Positions 33,753 through 43,642 of a DNA stretch of 64,000 nucleotides are shown in pieces (position 1 is the first letter of the stretch; each line of letters starts with the position of its first letter). Origin of the DNA: Patescibacteria group bacterium (GTDB lineage Bacteria; Patescibacteriota; Patescibacteriia; PEXW01); contig JBAZBR010000001.1 of the NCBI GenBank assembly GCA_041671325.1, positions 25,771 to 89,770 on the forward strand, written 5' to 3'. The position numbers were made by a program, and so were the translations under genes. The notes beneath the pieces were generated by a model, which ran no database searches, was not told the origin of the DNA, and saw only the letters and a program-made list of their open reading frames with translations.

Positions 33753-34160
33753 TGGTGGAGATGAGGGGTCTTGCACCCCTGTCTAGTAAGCCGTCAATTA
33801 GCATTCTACAGATATAGGTTATTCAATAAAGTTCAGCAACTCTCGCACGGAACAACCAAGGTCGGTAATTGCTTAGCATGAGTCATTCTCGATTTTCCCA
33901 TATCATGCGGTATTGGAAGATCCAGCCTGAAATATGACACTCGCGAATCCTGGCTCAGGCACCGGGGCGAATGGGTTATTGGTTTTTAAGCAACAACCGG
34001 AGCAAAAGCAGGGACGGTAAAGGTTTTCGCCAAAACAGTCTTTACTTTGCTGACAAATGAATTGGCATTTGTCGAATTTCCGACAAGTTTAACGCCATTG
34101 CTGGAGCGGGCGGTCTGCGTGCTAATTATCAAAGCTAACTATCAACTATTGAACATCCCC
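33753..34160 (-). ncRNA. ssrA: tmRNA (SsrA), 408 nt, next to smpB
   Basis: 5' GGGGATG pairs with 3' CATCTCC giving the G3-U70 alanine identity pair; T-arm AGGGG-UGCAAGA-CCCCU; ends ACCA; internal tag frame ends ...PAFAPVVA-UAA. Confidence 0.7.
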
Positions 34161-34203
34161 ATGAGAAATCGGCAAATTAACTTCTCATGATGATTTTCAT
34201 TTT

Positions 34204-34656
34204 TTAAATTTTACTCCGCATAGCCCTGGCCATATCCCTTTCCACGTCACGCTTCTTAATGCTTGCTCTTTTATCATGTGATTTTTTACCGCGGGCTAAG
34301 CCCAAAGTGACTTTGACTAAACCTTGATGAGTGTAAAGATTCAAAGGGATTAAAGTTACACCGGTGCTTTTCATTTTTCCCAAGAGTGAAGAAATTTCAT
34401 TTCTTGTTAAAAGCAACCGTCTTTCCCTTTCTGGGATGTAACTTTTTTGCACTAAGCGGGCGGGTTTGTAAGGGGCAATATATGTATGTAGTAGCCAAAG
34501 AGAATTTTCCCGAATACTGACATATGCGCCCTGCAAATTAATACTACCCATTTTGGCGGATTTTACTTCAGGACCGGTCAAGACTATGCCAGCTTCGAAT
34601 TTTTCCAAGATATCGTAATTGAAATTGGCTTTGCGGTTGTTGGTTAATTGGGGCAT
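34204..34656 (-). CDS. smpB: SsrA-binding protein
   Basis: MPQLTNNRKANFNYDILEKFEAGIVLTGPEVKS... Confidence 0.95.
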   Translation of the reverse strand: MPQLTNNRKANFNYDILEKFEAGIVLTGPEVKSAKMGSINLQGAYVSIRENSLWLLHTYIAPYKPARLVQKSYIPERERRLLLTRNEISSLLGKMKSTGVTLIPLNLYTHQGLVKVTLGLARGKKSHDKRASIKKRDVERDMARAMRSKI

Positions 34657-34679
34657 GGCCTTTAGTATAGAGAAAATTT

Positions 34680-34712
34680 GCGCCAGCGTCTCCCGTCGGG
34701 AGACGCTGGCGC
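34680..34712. terminator. 15-bp perfect hairpin GCGCCAGCGTCTCCC-gtc-GGGAGACGCTGGCGC
   Basis: Downstream of the 34719..35147 minus gene; followed by a T-rich run on the minus strand. Confidence 0.7.
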
Positions 34713-34718
34713 TGATGT

Positions 34719-35147
34719 TTAAGCGGCTAATGTTGCGAATATTGTGCCTTCGAGTTTCATGATTCTTTCGTCGAAATCAACCCGGCGGCTGGTTCGATAA
34801 GCCATGCTCAAGCCAATATAGATATCGGTCCAGAGTGCTTCCAGACAGACCTCGATCCTTGCTAGCTTTGTCGTTATGATCTCGTCGATTAGCCTTTTTA
34901 ATTGGAAGCTAACTCGGCCTGGATCATTCCAATCCATGTTCTCCATATAGATATTGTCCGGACCATCATCGCCCAGGAGGGCGATAACCATCCAATCACA
35001 ACCCTGTTTCACTCGGGCTGGTTCAACAGGAAGGGAAATCCCGAAGATATCATTTGGAACACGCTTCATTTGGATACATCTTCCACTTAACGCCTCGATT
35101 TCCGCCTTTAAGCTCAAGAAGTAGTCACTAGTATTTACATAATCCAC
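34719..35147 (-). CDS. hypothetical protein (about 142 aa, probable GTG start with AAGGAG)
   Basis: ORF; no family recognised. Confidence 0.45.
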   Translation of the reverse strand: MDYVNTSDYFLSLKAEIEALSGRCIQMKRVPNDIFGISLPVEPARVKQGCDWMVIALLGDDGPDNIYMENMDWNDPGRVSFQLKRLIDEIITTKLARIEVCLEALWTDIYIGLSMAYRTSRRVDFDERIMKLEGTIFATLAA

Positions 35148-35221
35148 GGTGTCCTTCTCCTTTATCAATGAATTGTTTATTTCTTTTTGACTTAAGATAC
35201 TAGCATTTTTATATATTTTGT

Positions 35222-35323
35222 CAACCCCGCACCACTTTCCATTAAATCATTACTTAAAAAGTAGATATTTATCGCAAAAAATATCCACAACTAATTTCAA
35301 CATAATTTTGGAAAGTGGTGCGG
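35222..35323. repeat. 16-bp perfect inverted repeat CCCCGCACCACTTTCC / GGAAAGTGGTGCGGGG enclosing a 70-nt AT-rich loop
   Basis: Seen directly; MITE-like or RNA stem-loop. Confidence 0.6.
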
Positions 35324-35417
35324 GGTCAAGCCCAGCCCGTACCCAAACGAAAAAGCCGAGGAAAGATTCCGCGGCTTATATTGTTGTCATGATGTCCTCC
35401 TTTTATGCGTCTCCTTA

Positions 35418-35627
35418 CTATAATCTTTCGAATTCTAGGGATGATCTTTTAACAAAGTCCAACCCTATCATTTTTTGAAAAAAGGAGGCACGGTTGGTGA
35501 GAAATAACATAGAGAGTTCAAGTAAGTGCTCTTCGCTGCAATGTTCTTCCCAGGACATTGTGAACTCTTGAATGTGTTGGCCATTCACGGTGATATCCAC
35601 CATTTTAAGAGTGAATGAACAAAGCAT
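35418..35627 (-). CDS. 69-aa protein, member 2 of the two-copy family
   Basis: Paralog of 8689..8898; RBS AAGGA; followed by a 4-codon mini-ORF with perfect SD (35376..35390). Confidence 0.55.
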   Translation of the reverse strand: MLCSFTLKMVDITVNGQHIQEFTMSWEEHCSEEHLLELSMLFLTNRASFFQKMIGLDFVKRSSLEFERL

Positions 35628-36159
35628 CTTATAATCCTTTTGTTTGTGTTTTATTTTTTAACTTAGGATAATAGCATATCAAAATAATCTTGTCAAGTAT
35701 TAAGAAGTATAAAAAAGGCCCGCAACCAGAACTGGGTCGCGGGCAAAATTTGTGCTACGGGAATGGACATGACAGACGAGGCATGATCGTACCTCCGTTT
35801 TGGCCGGGTTTATTTTGGGGCGTTATTGCCCAGGTTGCATGAGTATTGCCGGAAAAATAAGTTTTTTTAGATTCTTACCCTAGACAAATCCTGTCGTATT
35901 CCGAGGCATTTATCCTCCGCATCAATTAAGGGTTTTTCGAAGGCATTATTGCCGGGAGAGTTGACGGCGAACATTTTGTACTACGTAAATCCGGTTGAAT
36001 ATAACACCGATACCTCCCCTGGGATATGTGGCTTAAACGCTCAAACTAATAAACCCACGAATTCTCGCCAAATTTCTGCAACTAAAAGGGCAGTATTTCA
36101 GCAAGAACTAAGTAGCATATATCATTTATTTAATTTTGTCAAGGCCCAAGGGGCACAAG

Positions 36160-36168
36160 CGTGTTATA
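36160..36168 (+). promoter_or_regulatory. Extended -10 TGTTATAAT promoter; predicted start site 1-3 nt before the argS ATG (leaderless)
   Basis: gcgTGTTATAATcagcgtATGaatatt. Confidence 0.5.
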
Positions 36169-36176
36169 ATCAGCGT

Positions 36177-37805
36177 ATGAATATTCGGAAACAAATAGGG
36201 GATTTGCTCGAAAAATTTTCCAATAACCAGGTAAAAGATTTTCAAGTAGAAATCCCGGAAAATTTGAATTTTGGCGATTATTCCACCAACCTGGTTTTGA
36301 AATTAGTTAAAGAGCAAAAGCAAGCCCCCAAGGAAATTTCTGAAAAATTGATTAAGTTCTTTGCTAAAAACCAGCATCCAGCCATTGAAAAAGTCCATAT
36401 TGCTGGCCCGGGTTTTGTGAATTTCAGCCTTAAAGAATCTTGGTTAATTGAACAAGTAGGGGAGCTGAATAAATCTTCGGAAAGGTTTTCCAAATCCGAA
36501 ATCGGCTTGGGTAAAAAAGTTCATTTGGAATTCATTTCCGCCAACCCCACCGGGCCCTTAACTTTAGCTAACGCCCGAGGCGGATTTTTAGGGGATATCT
36601 TAAGCAGGGTATTAAAGCGCGCGGGTTATAAAGTTTTCACTGAATATTACGTTAATGACCGGGGCAACCAGGTGGCGGTTTTGGCCGAGTCAGTCTTGCG
36701 GAAATACTGGCAACAACATGGCATTACCATTGATTTTCCAGAAACCTGTTACCAAGGCGCATATGTTGATGAGTTGGCTAAAAAACTGCACTTACCAAAT
36801 TATAAAATAACCGATACCCAAAAACTCAACGAGATCCGGGACAAGATAAAAGACAAAGTAGTGGAAAAAATGTTGAAGGAAATCCAAAGGGTGGTTAGCG
36901 AAGAAATGGGCATCCATTTTGATAGTTGGTTTTCGGAAAAAAACCTGGTGGAAAATTCAAAAACCACTGAAGAGGTGTTGGCTCAGTTAAAAAATCAGGG
37001 AGCAGTGTACGAAAAAGAAGGAGCCACCTGGCTTGCCACAACCAAGTTCGGTGATGACAAGGATCGGGTTTTAATCAAAACTAACGGAGAAATGACCTAT
37101 TTCGTACCGGATATTGCTTATCATTGGTTGAAATTCACCAAATATAAATCCGATATCGCTATAAATATTTTGGGTGCCGATCACCACGGTTATGTTGACC
37201 GCATGCAAGCGGCCATGAAAGCCTTGGGCGTTAAAGGTGAATTAAAAATTATTTTAATCCAATTTGTAAGATTGATCCAAGCCGGCAAAGAAGTGAAAAT
37301 GTCCAAACGCCGGGGAACTTATGTGGAAGCCGAAGAAATTATTAATGAAGCTGGTCTGGATGCCACTAGGTTTTTCTTTATCATGCATGCGGCCAACACG
37401 CATATGGATTTTGATTTGGATTTGGCCAAAGCCAGGAATGAAAAAAATCCAGTTTATTACGTGCAATATGCCCACGCCCGGATTTGCAGTATTTTAAAAA
37501 ATGTCCAAGGCCTGAAAACCATCAAAGATCCAGAAAAAAAATTAGAGCCTGTGGAACGAAGGTTAATCCTGCAACTAATCCGTTGGCCAGAAGTTTTGGA
37601 AGACGTATCTGTGGATTATGGAGCGCACCGCTTGCCGCAATACGCCATGGAATTAGCCAGAACTTTCCATGAGTTTTATACTAAGGTCAGGGTAATTGAT
37701 AACAATCAAGTCAGGGATTTTCCCTTGAAATTAACCAAAGCGACAAAAAACGTTTTAGCTGATATACTCAAAATCCTCGGAATTTCCGCACCCGAGAAGA
37801 TGTGA
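36177..37805 (+). CDS. argS: Arginine--tRNA ligase
   Basis: Typical ArgRS N-terminus MNIRKQIGDLL; HIGH-like ANPTGPLTLANARGG; KMSK-like MSKRRGT; the track ORF extends upstream artificially. Confidence 0.9.
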   Translation: MNIRKQIGDLLEKFSNNQVKDFQVEIPENLNFGDYSTNLVLKLVKEQKQAPKEISEKLIKFFAKNQHPAIEKVHIAGPGFVNFSLKESWLIEQVGELNKSSERFSKSEIGLGKKVHLEFISANPTGPLTLANARGGFLGDILSRVLKRAGYKVFTEYYVNDRGNQVAVLAESVLRKYWQQHGITIDFPETCYQGAYVDELAKKLHLPNYKITDTQKLNEIRDKIKDKVVEKMLKEIQRVVSEEMGIHFDSWFSEKNLVENSKTTEEVLAQLKNQGAVYEKEGATWLATTKFGDDKDRVLIKTNGEMTYFVPDIAYHWLKFTKYKSDIAINILGADHHGYVDRMQAAMKALGVKGELKIILIQFVRLIQAGKEVKMSKRRGTYVEAEEIINEAGLDATRFFFIMHAANTHMDFDLDLAKARNEKNPVYYVQYAHARICSILKNVQGLKTIKDPEKKLEPVERRLILQLIRWPEVLEDVSVDYGAHRLPQYAMELARTFHEFYTKVRVIDNNQVRDFPLKLTKATKNVLADILKILGISAPEKM

Positions 37806-37923
37806 AACTCTGTTAGTAAAAGCGTTTATTAAAGAATTAGTTGTTCACGGAGTTTCACCCCGTAGATATACTATTTTATAAAAATATGCGGGGTGAAATT
37901 AACTTTCAAAAAATAATAAATCT

Positions 37924-39069
37924 ATGAAAATAGGCATTGATTGCAGAACAATTTTGAACCCTGAATCCGGTGAACGCGCTGGGGTGGGGCACTATGTAGA
38001 AGGCCTGGTCATGGCCTTGGTTAAACATTATCCCAAAGAACAGTTTGTCTTGTATTTTGATTACCGGATGCGGGACGTGAATGTGTATAAAGCCCCGAAC
38101 GTGAAAATAAAGCATTTCCCATTCTCCCAATATGGCAGGTTTTTGTCATTCGGTTATTCGCACATGTTAATTTCCGCCTACCTTTTGAAAGAGGGTTTGG
38201 ATGTTTTACATGTGCCGGCCGGGGTTGTCCCCATAACTTATCCCAAAAAAGTTGTTTATACGGTCCACGATTTTGCTATTTTCCGCCACCCAGAATGGTT
38301 TCCTTCCTCTTTTATTTCCCGTTCAGTCTTGGTGCCGCAGAGCTTGCGCAAGGCTGATCGCATTATTGCGGTATCCCGAAGTACGGCTAAAGATTTAAAA
38401 CAGCTATTCAATATCAAATCGGAAAAAATTGACGTCGTTTATAATGGTTATGACGTGGATAAAATTCCGTTAAAAAGGTGCAACCAGGAAATTTTGGAGA
38501 AGTTTAAATTGCCTAAAAAATATTTTGTTTTTGTGGGAACCCTGGAGCCCAGGAAAAATATTATTAATTTAATGCGGGCCTTTAAGCAATTCTTGGAAAG
38601 CAATCCGGATAAAAAAGATGTGATTTTGGCAGTTTGCGGCCAAGCTGGCTATCATGCGGAAGAAATCATGCAAGAAATGCTGGACTTGGGTTTGAAACGG
38701 AGCATCCGGTATTTGGGTTATATCACCCATAATGAAAAAATCGAACTAATAAAACACAGTGCGGCATTTGTGTTTCCTTCTTTTTATGAAGGTTTTGGTT
38801 TGCCAGTCTTGGAAGCCTTGGCCTTGGGCGCACCGACCATAGCCAGCAAGGTTTCTTCTATGCCGGAAATTGCCGGCAAGGCCGCAATTTATATTGACCC
38901 GAAAGATATTAATGAAATCGCCAAAGCCATGAAAGATGTTTTGGTTAAGCCCAATCTAGCCAATAAACTAAAAGAGCTAGGCAAAAAACAAGCCCAGCAA
39001 TTTTCTTGGGAAAACTGCGCCAGGGAAACCATGAAGGTTTATCAAAAGACGGCTGGGAAAAAGAAATAG
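37924..39069 (+). CDS. GT4-family glycosyltransferase
   Basis: FVGTLEPRKNIINLMRAF and EGFGLPVLEA motifs. Confidence 0.8.
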   Translation: MKIGIDCRTILNPESGERAGVGHYVEGLVMALVKHYPKEQFVLYFDYRMRDVNVYKAPNVKIKHFPFSQYGRFLSFGYSHMLISAYLLKEGLDVLHVPAGVVPITYPKKVVYTVHDFAIFRHPEWFPSSFISRSVLVPQSLRKADRIIAVSRSTAKDLKQLFNIKSEKIDVVYNGYDVDKIPLKRCNQEILEKFKLPKKYFVFVGTLEPRKNIINLMRAFKQFLESNPDKKDVILAVCGQAGYHAEEIMQEMLDLGLKRSIRYLGYITHNEKIELIKHSAAFVFPSFYEGFGLPVLEALALGAPTIASKVSSMPEIAGKAAIYIDPKDINEIAKAMKDVLVKPNLANKLKELGKKQAQQFSWENCARETMKVYQKTAGKKK

Positions 39070-39133
39070 TATCAGGTGTGGATCTCAATATCGTTGTAAT
39101 TAAACAAAACCTGATTTAAGTAACCAGGGGGTT

Positions 39134-39256
39134 GACAATATTAAAAAGAAGGATATGCTTATATTGTGCTTGTGAGGGTAATTCCCGAAACCGGCTAAGG
39201 ATTCCAACGCTGGAAAAGCAAGCACAACAAAAATGCCCTTTTTAGGGCTTTTTGTC
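39134..39256 (+). ncRNA. Candidate small RNA: TTGACA promoter, 9-bp-stem element (39161-39224), intrinsic terminator (39228-39252)
   Basis: No ORF; promoter-like and terminator elements bracket about 100 nt. Confidence 0.25.
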
Positions 39257-39258
39257 TA

Positions 39259-39666
39259 TCATGGCCTCCATATCAAAGCTTTGTGTTTTTTTATACTGTA
39301 ATAGTGATATTCGCAATCTGGAAACTTTCTGATTACTACTGTAAAGTATTTTGTTCTATTATCAACAATTCCCCTTACTTCTGTATAGGTTACAAATATT
39401 TTTTTAGCATTCGTTGTTTCTTCTCTGATATCTTGTTTAGCATGCATTGCTTGTCGAATTACTTCTGGCGCATATGGAATTAAATTTAAACGCATTTGAA
39501 TATCCTGATCATTCCTTCTGTGTCCACCGGACTTATACATTGCATGATTCCAACCATGCCTATTAAAGATTACGCGTGCTTTAATAGGTTTACAATAAAC
39601 AGAACCAATTAGCTTGTATTGTTTTTTTACAGAATCTATTAGTTGCCTTGTGGTTTTCTTGGGCAT
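39259..39666 (-). CDS. hypothetical basic protein (135 aa) in an AT-rich islet
   Basis: ORF; markedly lower GC than the flanking ileS/GT4 genes. Confidence 0.45.
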   Translation of the reverse strand: MPKKTTRQLIDSVKKQYKLIGSVYCKPIKARVIFNRHGWNHAMYKSGGHRRNDQDIQMRLNLIPYAPEVIRQAMHAKQDIREETTNAKKIFVTYTEVRGIVDNRTKYFTVVIRKFPDCEYHYYSIKKHKALIWRP

Positions 39667-39796
39667 ATTTTCTTAAATTGACCTATAATTTATTTATGTT
39701 GTTTGCCTATTTTAAACCCAGACAAATAAGTAGTCAACCTTGTCAAAAAGTAGCATTTGCAGTACAGTAAGGGTTGCCACCAAGCTAAGATTTTTT

Positions 39797-42700
39797 ATGC
39801 ATTCCAAAAAAACCGTAGCGGAAAAACCTAAGCAAAAACCCAAAAGCCCGTTCCCAAAAATGGAAGAGGAAATTTTGGATTTTTGGGAAAATGAAAAAAT
39901 TTTTTCCAAGACCTTGGCCAAAACCAAAAATGGAGAACGGTTCAGGTTTTTTGAAGGCCCGCCCACGGCTAATGGCCAGCCTGGCATCCATCATGTCTTG
40001 GCCAGGATCTATAAAGATGTCATTGTGCGTTTCAAGACCATGCAAGGTTTTTACGTGGAAAGAAAAGCTGGCTGGGATACCCATGGCCTGCCCGTGGAGT
40101 TACAAGTGGAAAAAGCCTTGAAAATTTCCGGCAAACAGCAGATTGAAAATATCGTGTCCGGGGACAAAAGGGCCAGTATCATAAAGTTCAACGACGAATG
40201 CAAAAAAACCGTCATGCAGTATAGGCAGGATTGGGAAGAAATAACCAAACGTATTGGTTTTTGGCTGGATTTGGATAATCCATATATTACTTATAACCCT
40301 GATTATATTGAAAGCGTTTGGTGGGTCTTGAAGCAAATCTCCGAAAAAAAAGATCCAAGCGGCCAAGCCTTGCTTTATAAAGGCCATAAGGTGGTCCAAC
40401 ATTGTCCCAGGTGCGAAACCGCCTTGTCCTCCCATGAAGTGGCGCAGGGCTACAAAACTGTAACTGAAAATTCAGTTTACTTAAAATTTAAAGTCCAACC
40501 AGATTCAGTTGATGTTAAGCCGAATTTGAAAAAAATTATCAAAAGCGATTCAGTTTATATTTTATCCTGGACAACCACGCCTTGGACTCTGCCCGGAAAC
40601 GTGGCTTTAGCCATTGGTAAAGATATAAACTATGTGGTTGTTAAAAAAGGGGATGAGCAATACATTTTGGCTAAAGATCGTCTGGATATTTTGGAGGATT
40701 ATAAAATATTAGGTGAAGTTCCTGGTAAAGAATTAATTGGTCTAAGTTATGAGTCTTTATTTTCTGGCGCGGTTGATAAAGGCGACTCAAAAACCGCTTG
40801 GACAGTTTTGCCAGCGGATTTTGTGACTACGGCTGACGGTACGGGTGTTGTCCACACCGCAGTCATGTATGGCGAAGACGATTACCAGTTAGGCAAAAAA
40901 AATGGCCTACCAACCCAGCACACCGTGGACCAGACTGGGAAATTTTTACCCTCAGTCAAGAAATGGGCGGGTAAATTCGTTAAAGACAAAAACGTAGAAA
41001 CCGGCATTATCCAGGATTTGCAAGACCGGAAATTACTATTAAAGGTGGAACTTTATACCCACGAGTACCCGTTTTGCTGGCGCTGTGAAACGCCCCTCCT
41101 ATATTACGCTAAAGATAGCTGGTTCATCCGCATGTCCAGTTTAAGAGCAGAGTTGTTAAAAAATAATCAAGACATAAATTGGGTGCCGGCATATTTAAAG
41201 AATGGCCGTTTTGGCGAATGGCTGAAAGAAGTGAAAGACTGGGCGATTTCCCGGGAAAGGTATTGGGGTACGCCTTTGCCAATTTGGGTTTGCGAAAAAT
41301 GCGAAAACATGAAAGTAATTGGAAGTTTTAAAGAACTACTTGGAGAAAAAGAACATTTAAATTTGTTAAGGGAAAATAACCAATTAGAATTTGATCCGCA
41401 TCGCCCGTTTGTCGACGAAATAAAATTAAAATGCGACAAGTGCAGTGGCGAGATGAGCCGGGTGCCGGAAGTCATGGATGTTTGGTTTGATTCCGGGGCA
41501 ATGCCTTTTGCCCAATGGCATTATCCTTTTGAAAATAAGGAAAGGATTGAGCAGGGCCTGAATTTCCCGGCAGATTATATTTCTGAAGCCATTGACCAGA
41601 CCCGGGGCTGGTTTTACACGCTCTTGGCAATTTCAACATCCTTGGGCAAGGGCGCTCCATATAGAAATGTCATTTCCTTGGGGCATATCTTGGATAATAA
41701 AGGCCAGAAAATGTCCAAGTCCAAAGGCAATATTGTAGAACCTAATCAGGTGATTAATGAATTTGGCGCGGACGCTTTGAGGATTCACTTGTTTATTATG
41801 AGCCAGGCTGGCGATCCTAAGCTTTTTGACAAAAAAGGCGTGGACGAGGTAGTTAAAAAAACCATTTTAATCTTTTGGAATATTTTCACCTTTTACCAAA
41901 CCTATGTCGCCGAAGCCAAGCCAAAGGATTTTAGCGGAGAGCCAGAAGGCTTGATGGATAAATGGGTTTTGGCCCGGCTGAGTAAAGCTGTTAGTACCAT
42001 AACCCAGAAGCTGGAAAATTTTGACCCGACCTCTGCCACGCGGGAGCTTCAAGAGTTCATTATTGAGCTTTCCACTTGGTATCTTAGGCGCAGTCGGGAT
42101 AGGTTAAGGCCGGGTGAAAATTTTAATCAAGAATCAGCAGGCGTAATCAAACATGTCATCAAGCAAACTGCAGTGTTAATGGCACCCTTTGCCCCGTTTT
42201 TAGCTGAGAAGATTTATCAAGAGGTAAAAGCTGCAGCTGATCCTGAAAGTGTGCATTTGGAAACCTGGCCTAAAGCTTCCAAACCAGAAACCCCGATATT
42301 AAAAGATATGGAAATTGCCAGGCAAGCCGTGGAATTAGGCCATGCAATCCGTAAAGAAAATAACCTTAAAGTCCGACAGCCCTTAAGCCTGGTGGAAGTT
42401 AATAAAAAAGTCAGTGAGGAAATGCTCAAAATTTTAAGCGAGGAATTAAATGTGGTCCAGGCTAAGGTCGTTAAAAACATTTCCAATGGAAATTTTTGGA
42501 AAGCCAAAACTGGCGGAGATTTGACCGTGAACTTGAATTCGGAAATTTCCGAAGAATTAAGGCACCAAGGCTTGGTGCGGGAAATGGCCAGGCAGATTAA
42601 TGATTTGCGCAAATCCGCCGGTTTGACCATAAAAGACTTGGTTGATGTTGAATGGCAAACCGAAGATGAAAACCTAAAGCATATCTTTACTGAGCACGCG

Positions 42701-42820
42701 CCAGAGCTAAGGCAATTAACCAGGAGCCGCGGTATAAAAATTGGCAAAGTGGAAAATGTGGAGTTTAAAAAAGATTTGTTGCTGGGTGAATCCAGGTTGG
42801 TAATTGGCATGAAAAAATGA
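39797..42820 (+). CDS. ileS: Isoleucine--tRNA ligase
   Basis: HIGH-type PTANGQPGIHH, KMSKS (KMSKSKGN), zinc-binding C-terminal region; start set at MHSKK by N-terminal alignment. Confidence 0.9.
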   Translation: MHSKKTVAEKPKQKPKSPFPKMEEEILDFWENEKIFSKTLAKTKNGERFRFFEGPPTANGQPGIHHVLARIYKDVIVRFKTMQGFYVERKAGWDTHGLPVELQVEKALKISGKQQIENIVSGDKRASIIKFNDECKKTVMQYRQDWEEITKRIGFWLDLDNPYITYNPDYIESVWWVLKQISEKKDPSGQALLYKGHKVVQHCPRCETALSSHEVAQGYKTVTENSVYLKFKVQPDSVDVKPNLKKIIKSDSVYILSWTTTPWTLPGNVALAIGKDINYVVVKKGDEQYILAKDRLDILEDYKILGEVPGKELIGLSYESLFSGAVDKGDSKTAWTVLPADFVTTADGTGVVHTAVMYGEDDYQLGKKNGLPTQHTVDQTGKFLPSVKKWAGKFVKDKNVETGIIQDLQDRKLLLKVELYTHEYPFCWRCETPLLYYAKDSWFIRMSSLRAELLKNNQDINWVPAYLKNGRFGEWLKEVKDWAISRERYWGTPLPIWVCEKCENMKVIGSFKELLGEKEHLNLLRENNQLEFDPHRPFVDEIKLKCDKCSGEMSRVPEVMDVWFDSGAMPFAQWHYPFENKERIEQGLNFPADYISEAIDQTRGWFYTLLAISTSLGKGAPYRNVISLGHILDNKGQKMSKSKGNIVEPNQVINEFGADALRIHLFIMSQAGDPKLFDKKGVDEVVKKTILIFWNIFTFYQTYVAEAKPKDFSGEPEGLMDKWVLARLSKAVSTITQKLENFDPTSATRELQEFIIELSTWYLRRSRDRLRPGENFNQESAGVIKHVIKQTAVLMAPFAPFLAEKIYQEVKAAADPESVHLETWPKASKPETPILKDMEIARQAVELGHAIRKENNLKVRQPLSLVEVNKKVSEEMLKILSEELNVVQAKVVKNISNGNFWKAKTGGDLTVNLNSEISEELRHQGLVREMARQINDLRKSAGLTIKDLVDVEWQTEDENLKHIFTEHAPELRQLTRSRGIKIGKVENVEFKKDLLLGESRLVIGMKK

Positions 42821-43578
42821 GCCTGCACGAAGTCACCGGCGTAATCTTAAACCGTCGGGATGTCAGGGAAGACAGCCGGCTGTATACGGTTTTAACCCAT
42901 GAGCGCGGCAAGCTGGAGGTTTTTGGGCGAGGCATAAAAAAAGCCAAAGCCAAGCTTGGTGGGCATTTGGAGCCTGGCGCCACCGTTAAATTGACATTAG
43001 TTCAAGGCAAGACCGGGGAAACAATCACGGCAGTTGAGCGGCTGTATTATCCCAATGCGGTTATGCAAAGTTTGGAGAAATTGGCGACTTTGGGTTTTAT
43101 TTTGAATTTGGTGGATTCAGTGACCAAAGCCGAAGCGCAGGATATTGGCCTGGCTTCTTTTTTGCAGGAAGCCATTGGCCGTTTGGAAAGTTTAAGCGAA
43201 GAAAAAAACAAGCAAGCGCGTTTTCGCATGTGGTTTACCTGGCACGTCTTTAATTTAATTGGTTTGGGTCCTGAACTTCAAACTTGCGTACATTGCCGAA
43301 AATCCCTGAGTGAAAGCGGCGTAAAATTTTCCCCGCTTTTGGGTGGCTGGCTGGGGATGGAGTGCCGGGATTTTGATGACAAGGCTCTGGTCGTCGAAAG
43401 CCAAACCAGGGATTTTGTCCGCGTCTTAAACCGCAGCGCCTGGGAAGAGACTGAATTGTTCAAAATTGATAATGGCTCGGAAAAAACCGCAGCCCAAATC
43501 ACCCTTTCGGAAATGCATCATGTCTTGGAAAAGCATTTGCCTTCAGAAAAGTTTATTGATTTTGTCAGGCATTTTTAA
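42817..43578 (+). CDS. recO: DNA repair protein RecO
   Basis: N-terminal OB-fold region GVILNRRDVREDSRLYTVLT; C4 zinc finger CVHC... Confidence 0.8.
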   Translation: MSLHEVTGVILNRRDVREDSRLYTVLTHERGKLEVFGRGIKKAKAKLGGHLEPGATVKLTLVQGKTGETITAVERLYYPNAVMQSLEKLATLGFILNLVDSVTKAEAQDIGLASFLQEAIGRLESLSEEKNKQARFRMWFTWHVFNLIGLGPELQTCVHCRKSLSESGVKFSPLLGGWLGMECRDFDDKALVVESQTRDFVRVLNRSAWEETELFKIDNGSEKTAAQITLSEMHHVLEKHLPSEKFIDFVRHF

Positions 43579-43642
43579 AAGATAAACCTTTAGATTTGTT
43601 GGCTTTTCTAAAACCTAAAAAATCAGTATACTATATGAACTT

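Noticed and set aside
35218-35478. 86-aa plus-strand ORF
   Set aside because: Runs straight through the 16-bp inverted repeat and the AT-rich loop. No SD. Low-complexity translation.
35949-36176. N-terminal 76-aa extension of argS suggested by the ORF track
   Set aside because: The extension has no ArgRS similarity. A TGTTATAAT promoter sits inside it, and a canonical ArgRS N-terminus (MNIRKQIG...) starts at 36177.
39100-39796. T-box leader upstream of ileS
   Set aside because: No specifier loop / T-box consensus (AAUUGGGUGGUACCGCG-like) found. ileS is separated from the promoter-like element by an opposite-strand gene.
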